Shown: positions 52,887 through 63,002, numbered from the stretch's first letter. The stretch is DNA of 64,000 nt from an uncultured Gemmatimonadota bacterium (GCA_951812955.1 OX638340.1:3616001-3680000), one strand, 5' to 3'. Program-made: numbers and translations. Notes: generated by a model not told the origin, from the letters alone.

Positions 52887-52946
52887 TCAGGCACACCCGA
52901 TTCACACTGAAGCCTGATAGTAGTTGCCCAGTTGGTCTTTGCGGGA

Positions 52947-53900
52947 TTACCCGTACATCCGGATCGGGGTGGGCTCGGTGGGACGGTTCTTTCGGGGCGG
53001 ACGCTGCGTAGTGACCTTCAGCGCCTCCTCCCAGCCCCGGCTCCACGTGTTGTAGTCCGCTAGCACGAATTCGGGATGGCGCTGGCTGCGGACGATGAAG
53101 TTGGGGTAGAAGGATCGTCCCGTGGGCAGGCCGGTCTGCTGATACCGCAGGTCGAGACTCCACCGGATCGATCCCGATCGGTTGGGGATGGACCGGTGCG
53201 GGATCAGCTTGTGCATGAGCAGCACGTCGCCCTTCTTCATCGGCAAAGACAGGACCTTGCCTTCGGGCAACCCGCTTTCTTCGATGCCGAATCCTTCGCT
53301 CCAGTATACGGTGCCGCGGTGGTGTACGCGGGGGATGATCTGCAGGCATCCGTTCTCTTCGTCGGTATCGCACAGGGGCAGCCAGACGGTGAGAATAAAG
53401 ACCGGATCGGCGTCTTCTTGGTGCACCTGCGCGTCCTGGTGCCAGGGCGCCACATTTTCTTTGACACGCGCAGCCAGGGCGTTCTCGTCGCCGCTGCCGT
53501 TGCCGCCACTATCGCCACTGGCCACGGCCTCCGGCAACTTCGCCCGCAGATGCTGTATGGGGCTGCACGTGATTTCGGGTCCGACGAGAGACCCCACCAG
53601 GTTCAGCATCCGGTCGTTACCGAGAAATCGGAATACCGCTTCGGCACGCATGTGCATGATGTCGATATCGTCATAGATCGAGGGGTTTTCCCGGGTGATC
53701 AGGGCCAGCCGTCGCTCGAAGGGTTCTCCCTCGTGAAGTTCGGTAATTCGTCCTTCTTCATGGAGACTGCGCGCCCGTCCGTCCACGAACGCTTCGATCC
53801 CGGCGATGACGGGATCCAGATCATCACCGGTGAGCGCTCCCTTTACGATGACGTATCCTTCATCTACAAAATGCTGAAACTGATCCTGTGTGAGTGCCAT
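52947..53900 (-). CDS. PhyH-family dioxygenase (paralog 10)
   Basis: It has LTQDQFQHFVDEGYVIVKG, PWHQDAQ (HxD), WLPLCDTDEENGCLQIIP and a distal LIPHRSIPN. Confidence 0.8.
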   Translation of the reverse strand: MALTQDQFQHFVDEGYVIVKGALTGDDLDPVIAGIEAFVDGRARSLHEEGRITELHEGEPFERRLALITRENPSIYDDIDIMHMRAEAVFRFLGNDRMLNLVGSLVGPEITCSPIQHLRAKLPEAVASGDSGGNGSGDENALAARVKENVAPWHQDAQVHQEDADPVFILTVWLPLCDTDEENGCLQIIPRVHHRGTVYWSEGFGIEESGLPEGKVLSLPMKKGDVLLMHKLIPHRSIPNRSGSIRWSLDLRYQQTGLPTGRSFYPNFIVRSQRHPEFVLADYNTWSRGWEEALKVTTQRPPRKNRPTEPTPIRMYG

Positions 53901-53931
53901 GTTATTGTATTCCCCGGTCCGTGTAGTTTGT

Positions 53932-54720
53932 TCAAGCCGCTTTCGGGATGTGAGAGATCAAGTTCTGCAGGTGCCGTAGTCGTTCGGGCGTGGCCGTGGA
54001 AACCAGGGGGCCGTTCTCCCTGCCAAAAACTTCCCGCGTCGTATAGCCGTGTTGACGGATGATCTTCTTGTACGCCTCGAGCGCAGGGCCTTCCGTATGA
54101 TGACCTGTAAATACGATCGTGAACATGCGCCGCCTTGTCCCCCCGCCCCACGCGCTGTGCTTGGTGGAATGATTGAACACGGCCAGGTCGCCGGGTTGGG
54201 TCTCGACGGCGACTGCGGGAACCTCGCTGCCGTGGAGCCCACCCCACCCTCCCTTCCTGCCCGTAAGGTGTTCGTGGACCGATTCCGCGTAGCCTTCGCC
54301 GAACCGGTGGCTACCCGGGATGACCCGGAGCGCTCCCGTGTCCCTCGTCATGGGATCCAGGTAGATCGCCATCTTGAAGAACCGGATCGGTTCGGGCCAC
54401 TGGGTGTCGGAGTGCCATCGCGTGTCGCCCACATACAGATTGCCGTCGCTGTTCCAGTACTGGTATTGATCGCCCAGCAGGCCGGCTGCGATGCCGTGTA
54501 TGCGGGGATCGTCCAGCAGCGTGCACAGGTAGGGATCATGGTTGATAAACGGCACGATGGCCAGCCGCTCCACGCCTGCGTGGTCGTCGCTCCCGTTTTT
54601 TTTCAGCAGCCCATCGAAAGCCGCTGCTATTTCATCGATCCTGTCGTTGAGCAGACCGGGAAAGTGTAGATACCCGAAGGTATCCATGAATTCCTTCTGG
54701 TGTGATTCAAGTTGAAACAT
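53932..54720 (-). CDS. PhyH-family dioxygenase (paralog 11)
   Basis: It has RWHSDTQ (HxD) and DTGALRVIPGSH. It is collinear with 40860-41711. Confidence 0.75.
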   Translation of the reverse strand: MFQLESHQKEFMDTFGYLHFPGLLNDRIDEIAAAFDGLLKKNGSDDHAGVERLAIVPFINHDPYLCTLLDDPRIHGIAAGLLGDQYQYWNSDGNLYVGDTRWHSDTQWPEPIRFFKMAIYLDPMTRDTGALRVIPGSHRFGEGYAESVHEHLTGRKGGWGGLHGSEVPAVAVETQPGDLAVFNHSTKHSAWGGGTRRRMFTIVFTGHHTEGPALEAYKKIIRQHGYTTREVFGRENGPLVSTATPERLRHLQNLISHIPKAA

Positions 54721-54787
54721 CGTAGTTCCTCATATTCGCCAGATGTCCATTGGCGCCAGCCGACAGGCTTCTTTACCTCGGGATCCG

Positions 54788-55867
54788 TCAGTATTCTTCG
54801 AGCACGGATCCCTCGATGCCCCGTGTTCCATCTTCATAAACATAATAGTAAACGACCAGCACCCGTCCATCATTCAATTCGAGCGACCAGGGATACCCGC
54901 AGTCCGGTTCCAGGGAATCGGCGCGCACGACGATTTCCGGCGCGGTATCCAGGTCGCCGGCTTCGGGATCGAGGACACGCGCCAGGCATCCCATCTGTCC
55001 TTCCCACCGGGTTCCCACCGTGGCCAGGATGCGGCCGTCCCGCAGCCCGAGCAGGTGTCCGGGACATCCCCGCATCGTCGTCGACCGCCATGGGGACCAG
55101 GTCTCGCCTCCGTCATCCGAATGGACTTCCACCAGGTGCACGTCCTGTCCTGGTGGTTGGTTCGGATGACAACGGAAGAGTACCAGGATACGGCCGGACG
55201 GCGTCATGTGGATCGCCGGTTCGCTGAAATGAGCGACGTCGTCCACGGCAATGCGCCCGGCATAAGTCCAGGTATGTCCGCCATCGGTCGACGATTGCAT
55301 CATGCCGAAAAAGGGTGGCCTGCCTTCTGGATGATCCGTCGCCTTGCCAGGTAGCAGAAGACGCCCGTCCGGCATCTCCAGCAAACCGCTCCGGCAGACC
55401 CCGGAGTGCGACGCGGGATGGCCGTTCACGGCGTCCGGCATTGGTGGAAAGCTTTCGGGATGTGTCCAGGTCGTCCCATCGTCCAGCGATCGTACGTTGA
55501 AACCCACTCCCGGGCGGGACACCCAGGTATGCTTGGAGACCTCCGGCGGATCGGCGGGTAACAAATCCACCGTGCTGGCGTGCAGGAAGATTTCACCGGA
55601 TGAAAGGGGATGGGTGCCGAAATCGACCACGCCGCCGAAGGGGTAGGCCGTTACCAGTTCAACCGGCCCCCAGGACTGCCCTTCATCTTCGGACCGGCAG
55701 GCCCGCACGTCGAAGAGGGGATGGCTGTGGTGACTGAATCCCGTGGCGGGTGACCGGTGAAATAACGTCAGCAGGTCACCGCCGGGTGTCCGGATAATGT
55801 TCGGATGGGCGCCGTACCAGCCCTCATCGCGGTAGATCGTAATATGATCCGCTACGCGCCAGCTCAT
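54788..55867 (-). CDS. BNR-repeat / sialidase-like beta-propeller protein, no signal peptide
   Basis: It has four Asp-boxes: SEDEGQSW, SLDDGTTW, STDGGHTW and SDDGGETW. Confidence 0.7.
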   Translation of the reverse strand: MSWRVADHITIYRDEGWYGAHPNIIRTPGGDLLTLFHRSPATGFSHHSHPLFDVRACRSEDEGQSWGPVELVTAYPFGGVVDFGTHPLSSGEIFLHASTVDLLPADPPEVSKHTWVSRPGVGFNVRSLDDGTTWTHPESFPPMPDAVNGHPASHSGVCRSGLLEMPDGRLLLPGKATDHPEGRPPFFGMMQSSTDGGHTWTYAGRIAVDDVAHFSEPAIHMTPSGRILVLFRCHPNQPPGQDVHLVEVHSDDGGETWSPWRSTTMRGCPGHLLGLRDGRILATVGTRWEGQMGCLARVLDPEAGDLDTAPEIVVRADSLEPDCGYPWSLELNDGRVLVVYYYVYEDGTRGIEGSVLEEY

Positions 55868-56020
55868 GTGGACTCAGTCCTTCCGGTGTTCGATCCAATT
55901 TGTTCACGTTGGATTGAATTTCAACGAAATCGACGATGGATTCAAGCACAAACCTGTGGCAGCCTTGCGGAAAACGAAAATATGGTCAGATTTCTCGACA
56001 AATCCGGACTGGCGGTTCCG

Positions 56021-56088
56021 TCTCAGGTGGACATCGCGGCAAGCCGCCTGCATGCGTCTGTCTCAGGTGGACATCGCGGCAAGCCGCC
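56021..56088. repeat. 28-nt direct duplication with a 40-nt period that reiterates the 3' end and stop codon of the kinase-like gene
   Basis: tctcaggtggacatcgcggcaagccgcc occurs at 56021-56048 and 56061-56088. The second copy holds the real stop (56063-56065, minus strand). Confidence 0.9.
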
Positions 56089-56791
56089 GGAGCGCGTCGG
56101 GCGCTCGTCCAGTTTCAATATGCCTCAGGATCATGCCGCCACCAGTTTCGGCGCTCATTTCGGATGTATCGATCTCGAGGTCATAGATGCCGGGTTTATG
56201 TACTTCCCGGTCCCAGATCCGTACGAGATCCGGGACAGGCGCGTCGGCCGGTATATCCTCTCCCCTGTGCCAGGTTTCCCTGCGGCGTCGCCACACTTCG
56301 TCAACCGGGCACCGCACGCCTACGAAATACACCCGCAGTCCGTTCAGCCGCTTCGCGCAGTCGTAGAGGATACCGCTCACGGTAGCGTAATCATCATGAT
56401 GCGCGACGTCAGAAACCACGTTCAGGCCCTTGCGAAGCTGGACTGCGATGGAATCGTAGAGCGCTTCGTACATGTTGGGTATCAACGGTTCGAGGTCGGG
56501 CCGTTCGCCGCCTGGCCGGTTCACGATAGCGGCGGGCCGCAGCCCGATCCCTGGGCGAAACCGCGGCGGCGTGATATCTATGAATCGATCGGCGCCGAGG
56601 TTCATCCATGGCTCCCGCGACATCTGCTGGATGGCGGACGCGATACTGGATTTCCCGGATCTGGGCGCTCCGTTGAGTATCACGGCTGTGCCTTGTACGG
56701 TCGTGGAATCAGGCAAGGCGCTCATCTCCTTAATGACGTGCCGCAACACTCCCGAAAGCAACCCCTGTCGCCCTGCTGGAAACAGGTCCAT
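56063..56791 (-). CDS. Chloramphenicol-phosphotransferase-like (CPT family) P-loop kinase
   Basis: The P-loop block is AVILNGAPRSGKSSIASAIQ. The start is uncertain among 56902, 56791 and 56725. Confidence 0.6.
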   Translation of the reverse strand: MDLFPAGRQGLLSGVLRHVIKEMSALPDSTTVQGTAVILNGAPRSGKSSIASAIQQMSREPWMNLGADRFIDITPPRFRPGIGLRPAAIVNRPGGERPDLEPLIPNMYEALYDSIAVQLRKGLNVVSDVAHHDDYATVSGILYDCAKRLNGLRVYFVGVRCPVDEVWRRRRETWHRGEDIPADAPVPDLVRIWDREVHKPGIYDLEIDTSEMSAETGGGMILRHIETGRAPDALRRLAAMST

Positions 56792-56912
56792 CGGCGTCCC
56801 TGTTTCGTTGTGGATTCTCCGGAATATAGGACTTATCTTCGATGAGAGGAATTGGTATTTATCTTCTACGGCCGCGCTGTACAGGTATCCTTGTAACGGC
56901 AATTATCAGCCA

Positions 56913-58283
56913 ATGACGACTCGACTAATAACGGGCAACTACGAACTCAACGCGAGAATCACCGGCGCAGGTTCGGCGCCGGCTGCGACCATCCGTTTTT
57001 CCGGAGGCGAACAGGCAAACGCTGTCCTGGAAATCGACGGCCGTGGCTTTCGCGTAGTCCGGCGGGCCGGGAGAGCTTGCACCGTGCTGAAGGACTATAC
57101 CGGCGGGGGACCGCCCCCCTGGGAGGTACGCGTGCTGAAGAAGGGCAACTTCTTCCGTTTCCGCGTAAACGGAAACACGGGCTGGATCCGGGGCCCAACG
57201 GGCGAATGGGTCGGATTGTACGATCCATGGGAGAACACGCTGGTTCTGGAGGGGTCCGGGGGATGCGGATACGAATCCTGCACGGTCACGACGCTGCCCT
57301 GGCTGAGCCAGATGACGGAACCGGTCATTTCCCTGGGCCCGGCGGGCAGTCACTACGAAAAGCAGATCATTCCAGGCGCGAACATTGAAATAGACGGGCG
57401 CTACTACATGTACTGCATGGCGGGCATGGAAGGCGACCAGGAAGGGTCCTCGCGGCGTACCATCGCCGTGGCGGAAAGCACAAATCTTATAACGTGGAAA
57501 GTGCACCCTTCGCCCGTCCTTTCCCATGCGGACGCGCCGGGAGACAATATCTACGTGAACGGCGCGGTCGTCACGCCCGAGGGGCAGGTTGCCATCATGT
57601 ACGCCGTGCAGCAGTATCCGTCCTGGATCGGATTCATGATCGCCTTGGCCGATGATCCACTGGGCCCATTCACGCCCTTCGCGGGAGATCCCGTCTACCG
57701 GCATTTCAACGACGCCGCACACGAATTCGACCTGCGGCGGGTGGACCATCCGGATTACCGTTACATCATGTTCTACGCGGGTTACACGCCGCGGCAATCG
57801 GGGGGCTGGCCGGGCGGAGACCGGGGCTACCTGCTTTACAGCGACGACCTCGTGGACTGGCGCGAGGACGCGACCAATCCCGTATTCGGTCCGGAGACGA
57901 GGGACGACTGGGACGCCGTGCACGTCCGGCCACGGTCGCTCGATCGTATCGGCGACACGTGGTATCTCTGGTACGAAGGGTGCAACGCATGGACGCCGCC
58001 GGGCACGGCAGGGCGGGAACAGTGGTGCGATTCGGTCGGACTCGCCCGTTCGGCGGACCTTGAAAACTGGTCATACTATCCCCGAAATCCAGCGCTGCCG
58101 GCACTGGGAATCGGAGCTGAGCGTTTCGACAATACCTGGACCGGCTGGCCTCGCATGGTCGTAAAAGACGAGGTAGGATACGTGTTCTACACAGGAAACG
58201 CCCAGGTTGGCCTCAGAACGATTCCGATCCGTCGCCTGGTGGACTGGGAGTCCGAAGGCGGGGAGACGCTTCGGATGTTTTAG
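56913..58283 (+). CDS. Beta-propeller glycoside-hydrolase-like protein (GH43/GH130-type fold) with an N-terminal jelly-roll-like domain, no signal peptide
   Basis: The start is ATG 56913. The blocks YYMYCMAG...IAVAES.NLITW, YIMFYAG...YLLYSDDLVDW and WYLWYEG are the pattern of 5-bladed propeller GHs. The family call is tentative. Confidence 0.45.
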   Translation: MTTRLITGNYELNARITGAGSAPAATIRFSGGEQANAVLEIDGRGFRVVRRAGRACTVLKDYTGGGPPPWEVRVLKKGNFFRFRVNGNTGWIRGPTGEWVGLYDPWENTLVLEGSGGCGYESCTVTTLPWLSQMTEPVISLGPAGSHYEKQIIPGANIEIDGRYYMYCMAGMEGDQEGSSRRTIAVAESTNLITWKVHPSPVLSHADAPGDNIYVNGAVVTPEGQVAIMYAVQQYPSWIGFMIALADDPLGPFTPFAGDPVYRHFNDAAHEFDLRRVDHPDYRYIMFYAGYTPRQSGGWPGGDRGYLLYSDDLVDWREDATNPVFGPETRDDWDAVHVRPRSLDRIGDTWYLWYEGCNAWTPPGTAGREQWCDSVGLARSADLENWSYYPRNPALPALGIGAERFDNTWTGWPRMVVKDEVGYVFYTGNAQVGLRTIPIRRLVDWESEGGETLRMF

Positions 58284-59116
58284 GCGGGTTTTCCTGGGTC
58301 GTTCGGGGAAGATGGCTCGCGCGGGGCGGACGGGGCGCGCGGGGCGGACGGGGCGCGCGGGGCGGACGGGGCGGCCGCCCGCATCTTCCGCGCCTGGTAC
58401 CGGCGCGCCAGGTAAACCGGCAGGTACACCGCGAAGAACATGACAAGCGCCACGGCGTCGAGGATGGGGATGTACCACGGCCACGGCGCGAAGAAGAAAG
58501 GCGACACCGTACCCCAGGGCGGCTTCGAGAGGTACATGTAGTTCGACCCCAGGAGCAGATTGACGATACCCACGGCCATGGCGAATACATTCAGGGCTAT
58601 AAAGGCGCGAAAGAGTCCGGCCAGCGTGGGCCGCATGCCCAGGCCCCAGGTGGCGTAAAGGACGCCCACCACGATACCGGAGTGGACGATGAAGTACTGG
58701 AAGAAACGCCACGAAGGGAAACCGGCATCCATGGCACCCGGCGTGATCACGGCGTTGGCGGAACCGACCAGGCCCCAGAAGTAGGCGATCTCGTAGGTCC
58801 GCCGGCTGCGGAACAACAGGGTAGCGGCCGTGACCAGATTCGCGACACCGCAGATATGCAGCGGCAGGTGATTCCGTATGAAGTAGTCCAGGCCGAACTG
58901 CAGGAGGCGCTGTCCCCCGGCCGAGACTTCATTGATCAACAGCATGGCGGCGAGCAGGTAGCCGATGGCGGCGGCCACACGGCCGTCCGGGTTTCTTCGC
59001 GCCAACTTAGATAGCACGACGGCGAAGATCAGGGTCAGGCCCATCACCACGAGGTGCGGGGTCCCGAATGTCTGGAATTGGGATGGGTTCATGATGTAGA
59101 ATGGGTGAGGTGGCAT
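58280..59116 (-). CDS. Polytopic membrane protein (TIGR02206/YwaF-like) with a C-terminal (APSAPR)3 repeat
   Basis: It has seven or more hydrophobic segments and HLPLHICGV. Its stop overlaps the convergent gene's stop. The start is uncertain (59116 or 59092). Confidence 0.45.
   Translation of the reverse strand: MPPHPFYIMNPSQFQTFGTPHLVVMGLTLIFAVVLSKLARRNPDGRVAAAIGYLLAAMLLINEVSAGGQRLLQFGLDYFIRNHLPLHICGVANLVTAATLLFRSRRTYEIAYFWGLVGSANAVITPGAMDAGFPSWRFFQYFIVHSGIVVGVLYATWGLGMRPTLAGLFRAFIALNVFAMAVGIVNLLLGSNYMYLSKPPWGTVSPFFFAPWPWYIPILDAVALVMFFAVYLPVYLARRYQARKMRAAAPSAPRAPSAPRAPSAPREPSSPNDPGKPA
58318..58371. repeat. Three perfect 18-nt in-frame tandem copies
   Basis: cgcgcggggcggacgggg is present three times and encodes APSAPRAPSAPRAPSAPR on the minus strand. 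Confidence 0.9.
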
Positions 59117-59248
59117 TGCCCGATCTACCGAAGATACATCGCGAAGCATTCCGGTCAAGGCGGCGGGCTGATCAGGCCGGTGCCGCCCCCGGCGATGGAT
59201 CCGGCTTTTCCGGCAGGCATCCATAACCTGAAGAGATGACCATACTCC

Positions 59249-62053
59249 ATGATTACGTTGTTTAAAAACGGACTACCACAGTCACAGATCGTGCTGTCCC
59301 CTTCGTCCGGACCGGCAGAACGGCGTGCCGCTCTCGAGTTCCAGCGCATCGCGAAATGCATGTGCGGTGTTGAACTGCCCATACATAAGGTGTCGGACGG
59401 ACAATCTCCAGCCGGCGCCGATGGATCTCCAGCCGGCGCCGATGGATCAGATCCCGTCCCCGGAGACGCCTCAGGTCGGGTATACATCGGGTGGGCGCCT
59501 CAGGATCTCGCCATCAATCTCTCCGAAACCGCCCTGGGCTACGACGGTTATGTCATCCTGTGCGCCGGCAACATACTGGTGCTGACAGGACGAAAGCCCT
59601 ACTCGGCGCTTTATGCCGCGTACCGCCTGTTCGAAGAACATCTTGGCTGCGGTTTCTTCGAAGAAGGCGAGCAGATTCCCCGGACGGATACCGTCTCGAT
59701 TGGCGAACTGACGGACTACCGCAAGCCCCGGTTCAAGTGGCGGATGTATTTTGCGAACATGCAGGATGCCTACAGCGGCATGCGCTGGTGGACCTGGGAG
59801 GAGTTCAAACCCTGGATCGACTACCTGGTCAAGAAACGGTTCAACATCCTCGAGAGCGGCAACATCGCGGACTGTTGCGGCATCGGCGCGCTGGCGGCCA
59901 ACCGGCTGGGCGTACCGGTGGAACTGACCGACTGGCAGAAAGCGCGCATCGCGTTGCTGCGGCGCGTCTTCGACTATGCCCGGGAGGCCGGAATCCGGAT
60001 CCGGTACCGCATGCAGCTTCACGTGGGCACGCCCGCGGTCAATCCCGGTTTTTCTCCCTACGCTGACGGCCGACAACTCCAGGAATTCGTGGACGGGTAC
60101 GAGGCCATGACCGGCGCGAAGATCCGCGTGGCGCCCCTGGAGTGGTGCGGCGAGTCCGAGATCGTCCTCGACCCGCGGGACCCGGTGACCCGGCGGTTCA
60201 CAACCGCCGTGGTGGAGTCTTACGGACAAGCGCTGGGTACGGACCATCTCTACAGCCTGTGGCTGCCCACGGAGGAGACCTGGGTGGAGGATGACCCGGA
60301 CCGGGCCGCGGAACTGACCCGCGCGTCCGTCGACGGCATGATCCAGGCCATCCGGGAAGGCGACCCGGACGCGGTGCTGTTCAGCCCACGGGTGTGCACG
60401 GACAATCCCACGGCGGCCGCACAGGCGCAGGCGGTCCGGGACGCAGGCCTGCCCGTGATCGGCAACATGTTCCTCAACCACGGCGGCCGCATGTACGACT
60501 TCCTGCGGTGCGACTACTACTGGGGCCTGCCGTGGTCCACGGGCATGTGCGGCCAGTGCGGCCGGGAGACCAACCCCAACGGCGATATCGAAACGGCGAT
60601 CAACAATGCCCGGTCGCTGGCGGATCACCCAAAGGCGCGGAACCTCCAGGGCTTCATGGTGTCGACCGAAACCAACCATCGGAACGTCATGACCATGGAT
60701 CTCTACGCGGAGCTGTCGTGGAATCCAGCGGACCTGGATCCCGACGACTACATCGAACGGTGGAACCGCAGGAGATACGGACCGGCGGCCGAAGGCACCC
60801 GTCCAGCCGTCCGGATATTCGCCGAAACGATCATGGCCTACTTCGACCCGTGCACCCACAACGGTCCGCTTTACCGAAACTGGGACGGCACCCTGCTGCC
60901 CGGTCTCACTTCCGGGTCCGTCAAACGGCTCATCGGATTCCTGCCGTCCCTACACGAGATGCTCGAGATCCTGCTTTCCCCGTACGATAAACTCGGAGAT
61001 TCCCCCATGTACCGCTTCGACCTGGTGGATATCGGACGCACCTACCTGGCGGGCATCTTCAACCATCGCCTGGCTGACGCGCGCAAGGCCTTTCGCGCCG
61101 GGGACAGGGAAAGGTTCGAGCGAATGGCCGGGGAGACGGAGCAGGTAATGCTCGCCATGGCCCGGTACTGCAGTGCCCATGAGCAGTTCAGGCTGAAGAC
61201 CCACGACGAATGGGCGGCGCGGTGGCCCGAGATCGTGCCCGGCCACGCCAACGGCGAAAGCAACTGGATCACCTTCACCGCGCTGATTTCCCTGGAAAAC
61301 TGGCAGGTGCTGCTGGACTACCTGCCGGAAGATTTCGCCGAGATGATCGTCCACTATTTCCTCCCCCGCGTGCGGCAGTACATCGACCGGATGCGGACGA
61401 TGATGGACCGGGGCGAGGATATTTCGGAACGGCTGGTGGACCGGGATTCAGACGTGGATCTGCCGTCCCGCGTGGCGAATTGGTCGACGCCCCAGGGCAA
61501 CACGCCCTGGTCGCCCTACGGGGACACCTGCGAGCCCGAGTTGACCGAAGAGGACGAAGCACTCGCCCTTAGGCTCATCAAGGCCGGATCCGTAAGCGGC
61601 AGCTACGACTATTATGAGGGTCCACTCGATACGCTCGTCCGCGAGATGCTGGACGAGTTCCCGTCCCCCGGGGACATCGAGGAGATCCTCGCGGAGGAAG
61701 ACTACGCGCCGCCGAGTAACCGGCTGGTATTGCACGGCGTCCCCGGTGAGACGATCGAGGGCTTCAACGTGCCCGGTTTCGTGGAAAGGGTCGAGGTCCC
61801 GCGAGAACTCCAGAATCTCATCGCGGTGCGCGAGGTACGCAGGGAGTACAATATCGCCCGGGGTGAGATCGCCCTGTACCAGGTGACCGTACCGCCGGAG
61901 GTCGAACTGACCCGCCTCGAAGACGTATCCGCTTCCTCGGACGGCCACGATGTTGCGGTATTCACCTTCCAGGAGGGAGCAACTGATTACAAGGTATGGT
62001 TCGACAGCGGGACGGACCTGGACGTGGCCTCTTTGGTAGTGAAACGGATTTAG
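59249..62053 (+). CDS. Alpha-N-acetylglucosaminidase (NAGLU, GH89)-like protein with an extra C-terminal region, no signal peptide
   Basis: FKWRMYFANMQDAYSGMRWWTWEEFKPWIDYLVKKRFNILE resembles the start of the GH89 TIM barrel. The protein is 934 aa. A 21-nt duplication lies near the N-terminus. Confidence 0.5.
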   Translation: MITLFKNGLPQSQIVLSPSSGPAERRAALEFQRIAKCMCGVELPIHKVSDGQSPAGADGSPAGADGSDPVPGDASGRVYIGWAPQDLAINLSETALGYDGYVILCAGNILVLTGRKPYSALYAAYRLFEEHLGCGFFEEGEQIPRTDTVSIGELTDYRKPRFKWRMYFANMQDAYSGMRWWTWEEFKPWIDYLVKKRFNILESGNIADCCGIGALAANRLGVPVELTDWQKARIALLRRVFDYAREAGIRIRYRMQLHVGTPAVNPGFSPYADGRQLQEFVDGYEAMTGAKIRVAPLEWCGESEIVLDPRDPVTRRFTTAVVESYGQALGTDHLYSLWLPTEETWVEDDPDRAAELTRASVDGMIQAIREGDPDAVLFSPRVCTDNPTAAAQAQAVRDAGLPVIGNMFLNHGGRMYDFLRCDYYWGLPWSTGMCGQCGRETNPNGDIETAINNARSLADHPKARNLQGFMVSTETNHRNVMTMDLYAELSWNPADLDPDDYIERWNRRRYGPAAEGTRPAVRIFAETIMAYFDPCTHNGPLYRNWDGTLLPGLTSGSVKRLIGFLPSLHEMLEILLSPYDKLGDSPMYRFDLVDIGRTYLAGIFNHRLADARKAFRAGDRERFERMAGETEQVMLAMARYCSAHEQFRLKTHDEWAARWPEIVPGHANGESNWITFTALISLENWQVLLDYLPEDFAEMIVHYFLPRVRQYIDRMRTMMDRGEDISERLVDRDSDVDLPSRVANWSTPQGNTPWSPYGDTCEPELTEEDEALALRLIKAGSVSGSYDYYEGPLDTLVREMLDEFPSPGDIEEILAEEDYAPPSNRLVLHGVPGETIEGFNVPGFVERVEVPRELQNLIAVREVRREYNIARGEIALYQVTVPPEVELTRLEDVSASSDGHDVAVFTFQEGATDYKVWFDSGTDLDVASLVVKRI
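59405..59446 (+). repeat. Perfect 21-nt in-frame tandem duplication
   Basis: tctccagccggcgccgatgga is present twice and encodes SPAGADG SPAGADG. Confidence 0.9.
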
Positions 62054-62195
62054 CGCGGGCCGCATATAACGCCAGCGGTTTGTATGACGCGTAACGGCGG
62101 AGTTTCCTTTTGACAGCCGCTGACCTCGCCGCTTAACATTGCATAGGGTTTAGCATACCGTCTGCACCGCGGAACATTGTCCGGAGCATCGACCT

Positions 62196-63002
62196 ATGAT
62201 GCCTGCACCGGAAGACTACGACCTCGACCTCAAAGTAGCGGAACTCAAGATCAATGGGTTTACGGCCTTTGAAGATCTCATTCCGCCAGAGAAGATCGAC
62301 CGGATTCGTGAGGCGTTCCTGCCCAGACTGAACCGGCTCAGGGATCGCGAGAAAGGCGGGATTCATCCGGAAGAGCGGGGTGAGGTGAGCACGGGAAAGG
62401 GGCGCCAGCAGTTCATCAACCGCTTTACGATGCACGTGCCCTGGGAGACTCCTTTCTCCGATCCGGATATCTACGAGAACCCGGTCGTGCTGGCCTTTCT
62501 CGAGAGATACTGGGGCGCGGACGATTTTCAAATCACCTGCTATCATTCCAACAACCCCTACCCAGGCAGTGAATTTCAACCGTGGCACCGGGACATCCAC
62601 CTGATCACGCCCCACGTGGGCCTGCCGGTCTGTCCCCACTTCGGCATCAAGTTTCCCCTCGTGGACACGAACGAGGAAAACGGCAGCTTCGAGGTCATGC
62701 CCGGCACCCAGTACCTGGCGGACCCGGAAATGGAGAAGGCGTACGACGAGATCCTGTGCAACGGCCATTTCCCGGGCGCGCACCGGATGAACCTGAAGAA
62801 AGGGACCATGTGGGTGCAGGACCCAAGAACCCTGCACCGGGGTACGCCGAACCGGTCCGATCACGCCCGCATGGAACTGGTCATCTGCTATTCCCGGCCG
62901 TGGTTCCGTCCGTCGACCGTAGAGATATCGCAGGCGGAATATGACAAACTATCTGAACGCGGCCGGGCAATGCTGACACGCAGCATCATCACGGCGTCCT
63001 GA
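62196..63002 (+). CDS. PhyH-family dioxygenase (paralog 12)
   Basis: It has PWHRDIH (HxD), PLVDTNEENGSFEVMPGT and a distal RTLHRGTPN. Confidence 0.75.
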   Translation: MMPAPEDYDLDLKVAELKINGFTAFEDLIPPEKIDRIREAFLPRLNRLRDREKGGIHPEERGEVSTGKGRQQFINRFTMHVPWETPFSDPDIYENPVVLAFLERYWGADDFQITCYHSNNPYPGSEFQPWHRDIHLITPHVGLPVCPHFGIKFPLVDTNEENGSFEVMPGTQYLADPEMEKAYDEILCNGHFPGAHRMNLKKGTMWVQDPRTLHRGTPNRSDHARMELVICYSRPWFRPSTVEISQAEYDKLSERGRAMLTRSIITAS

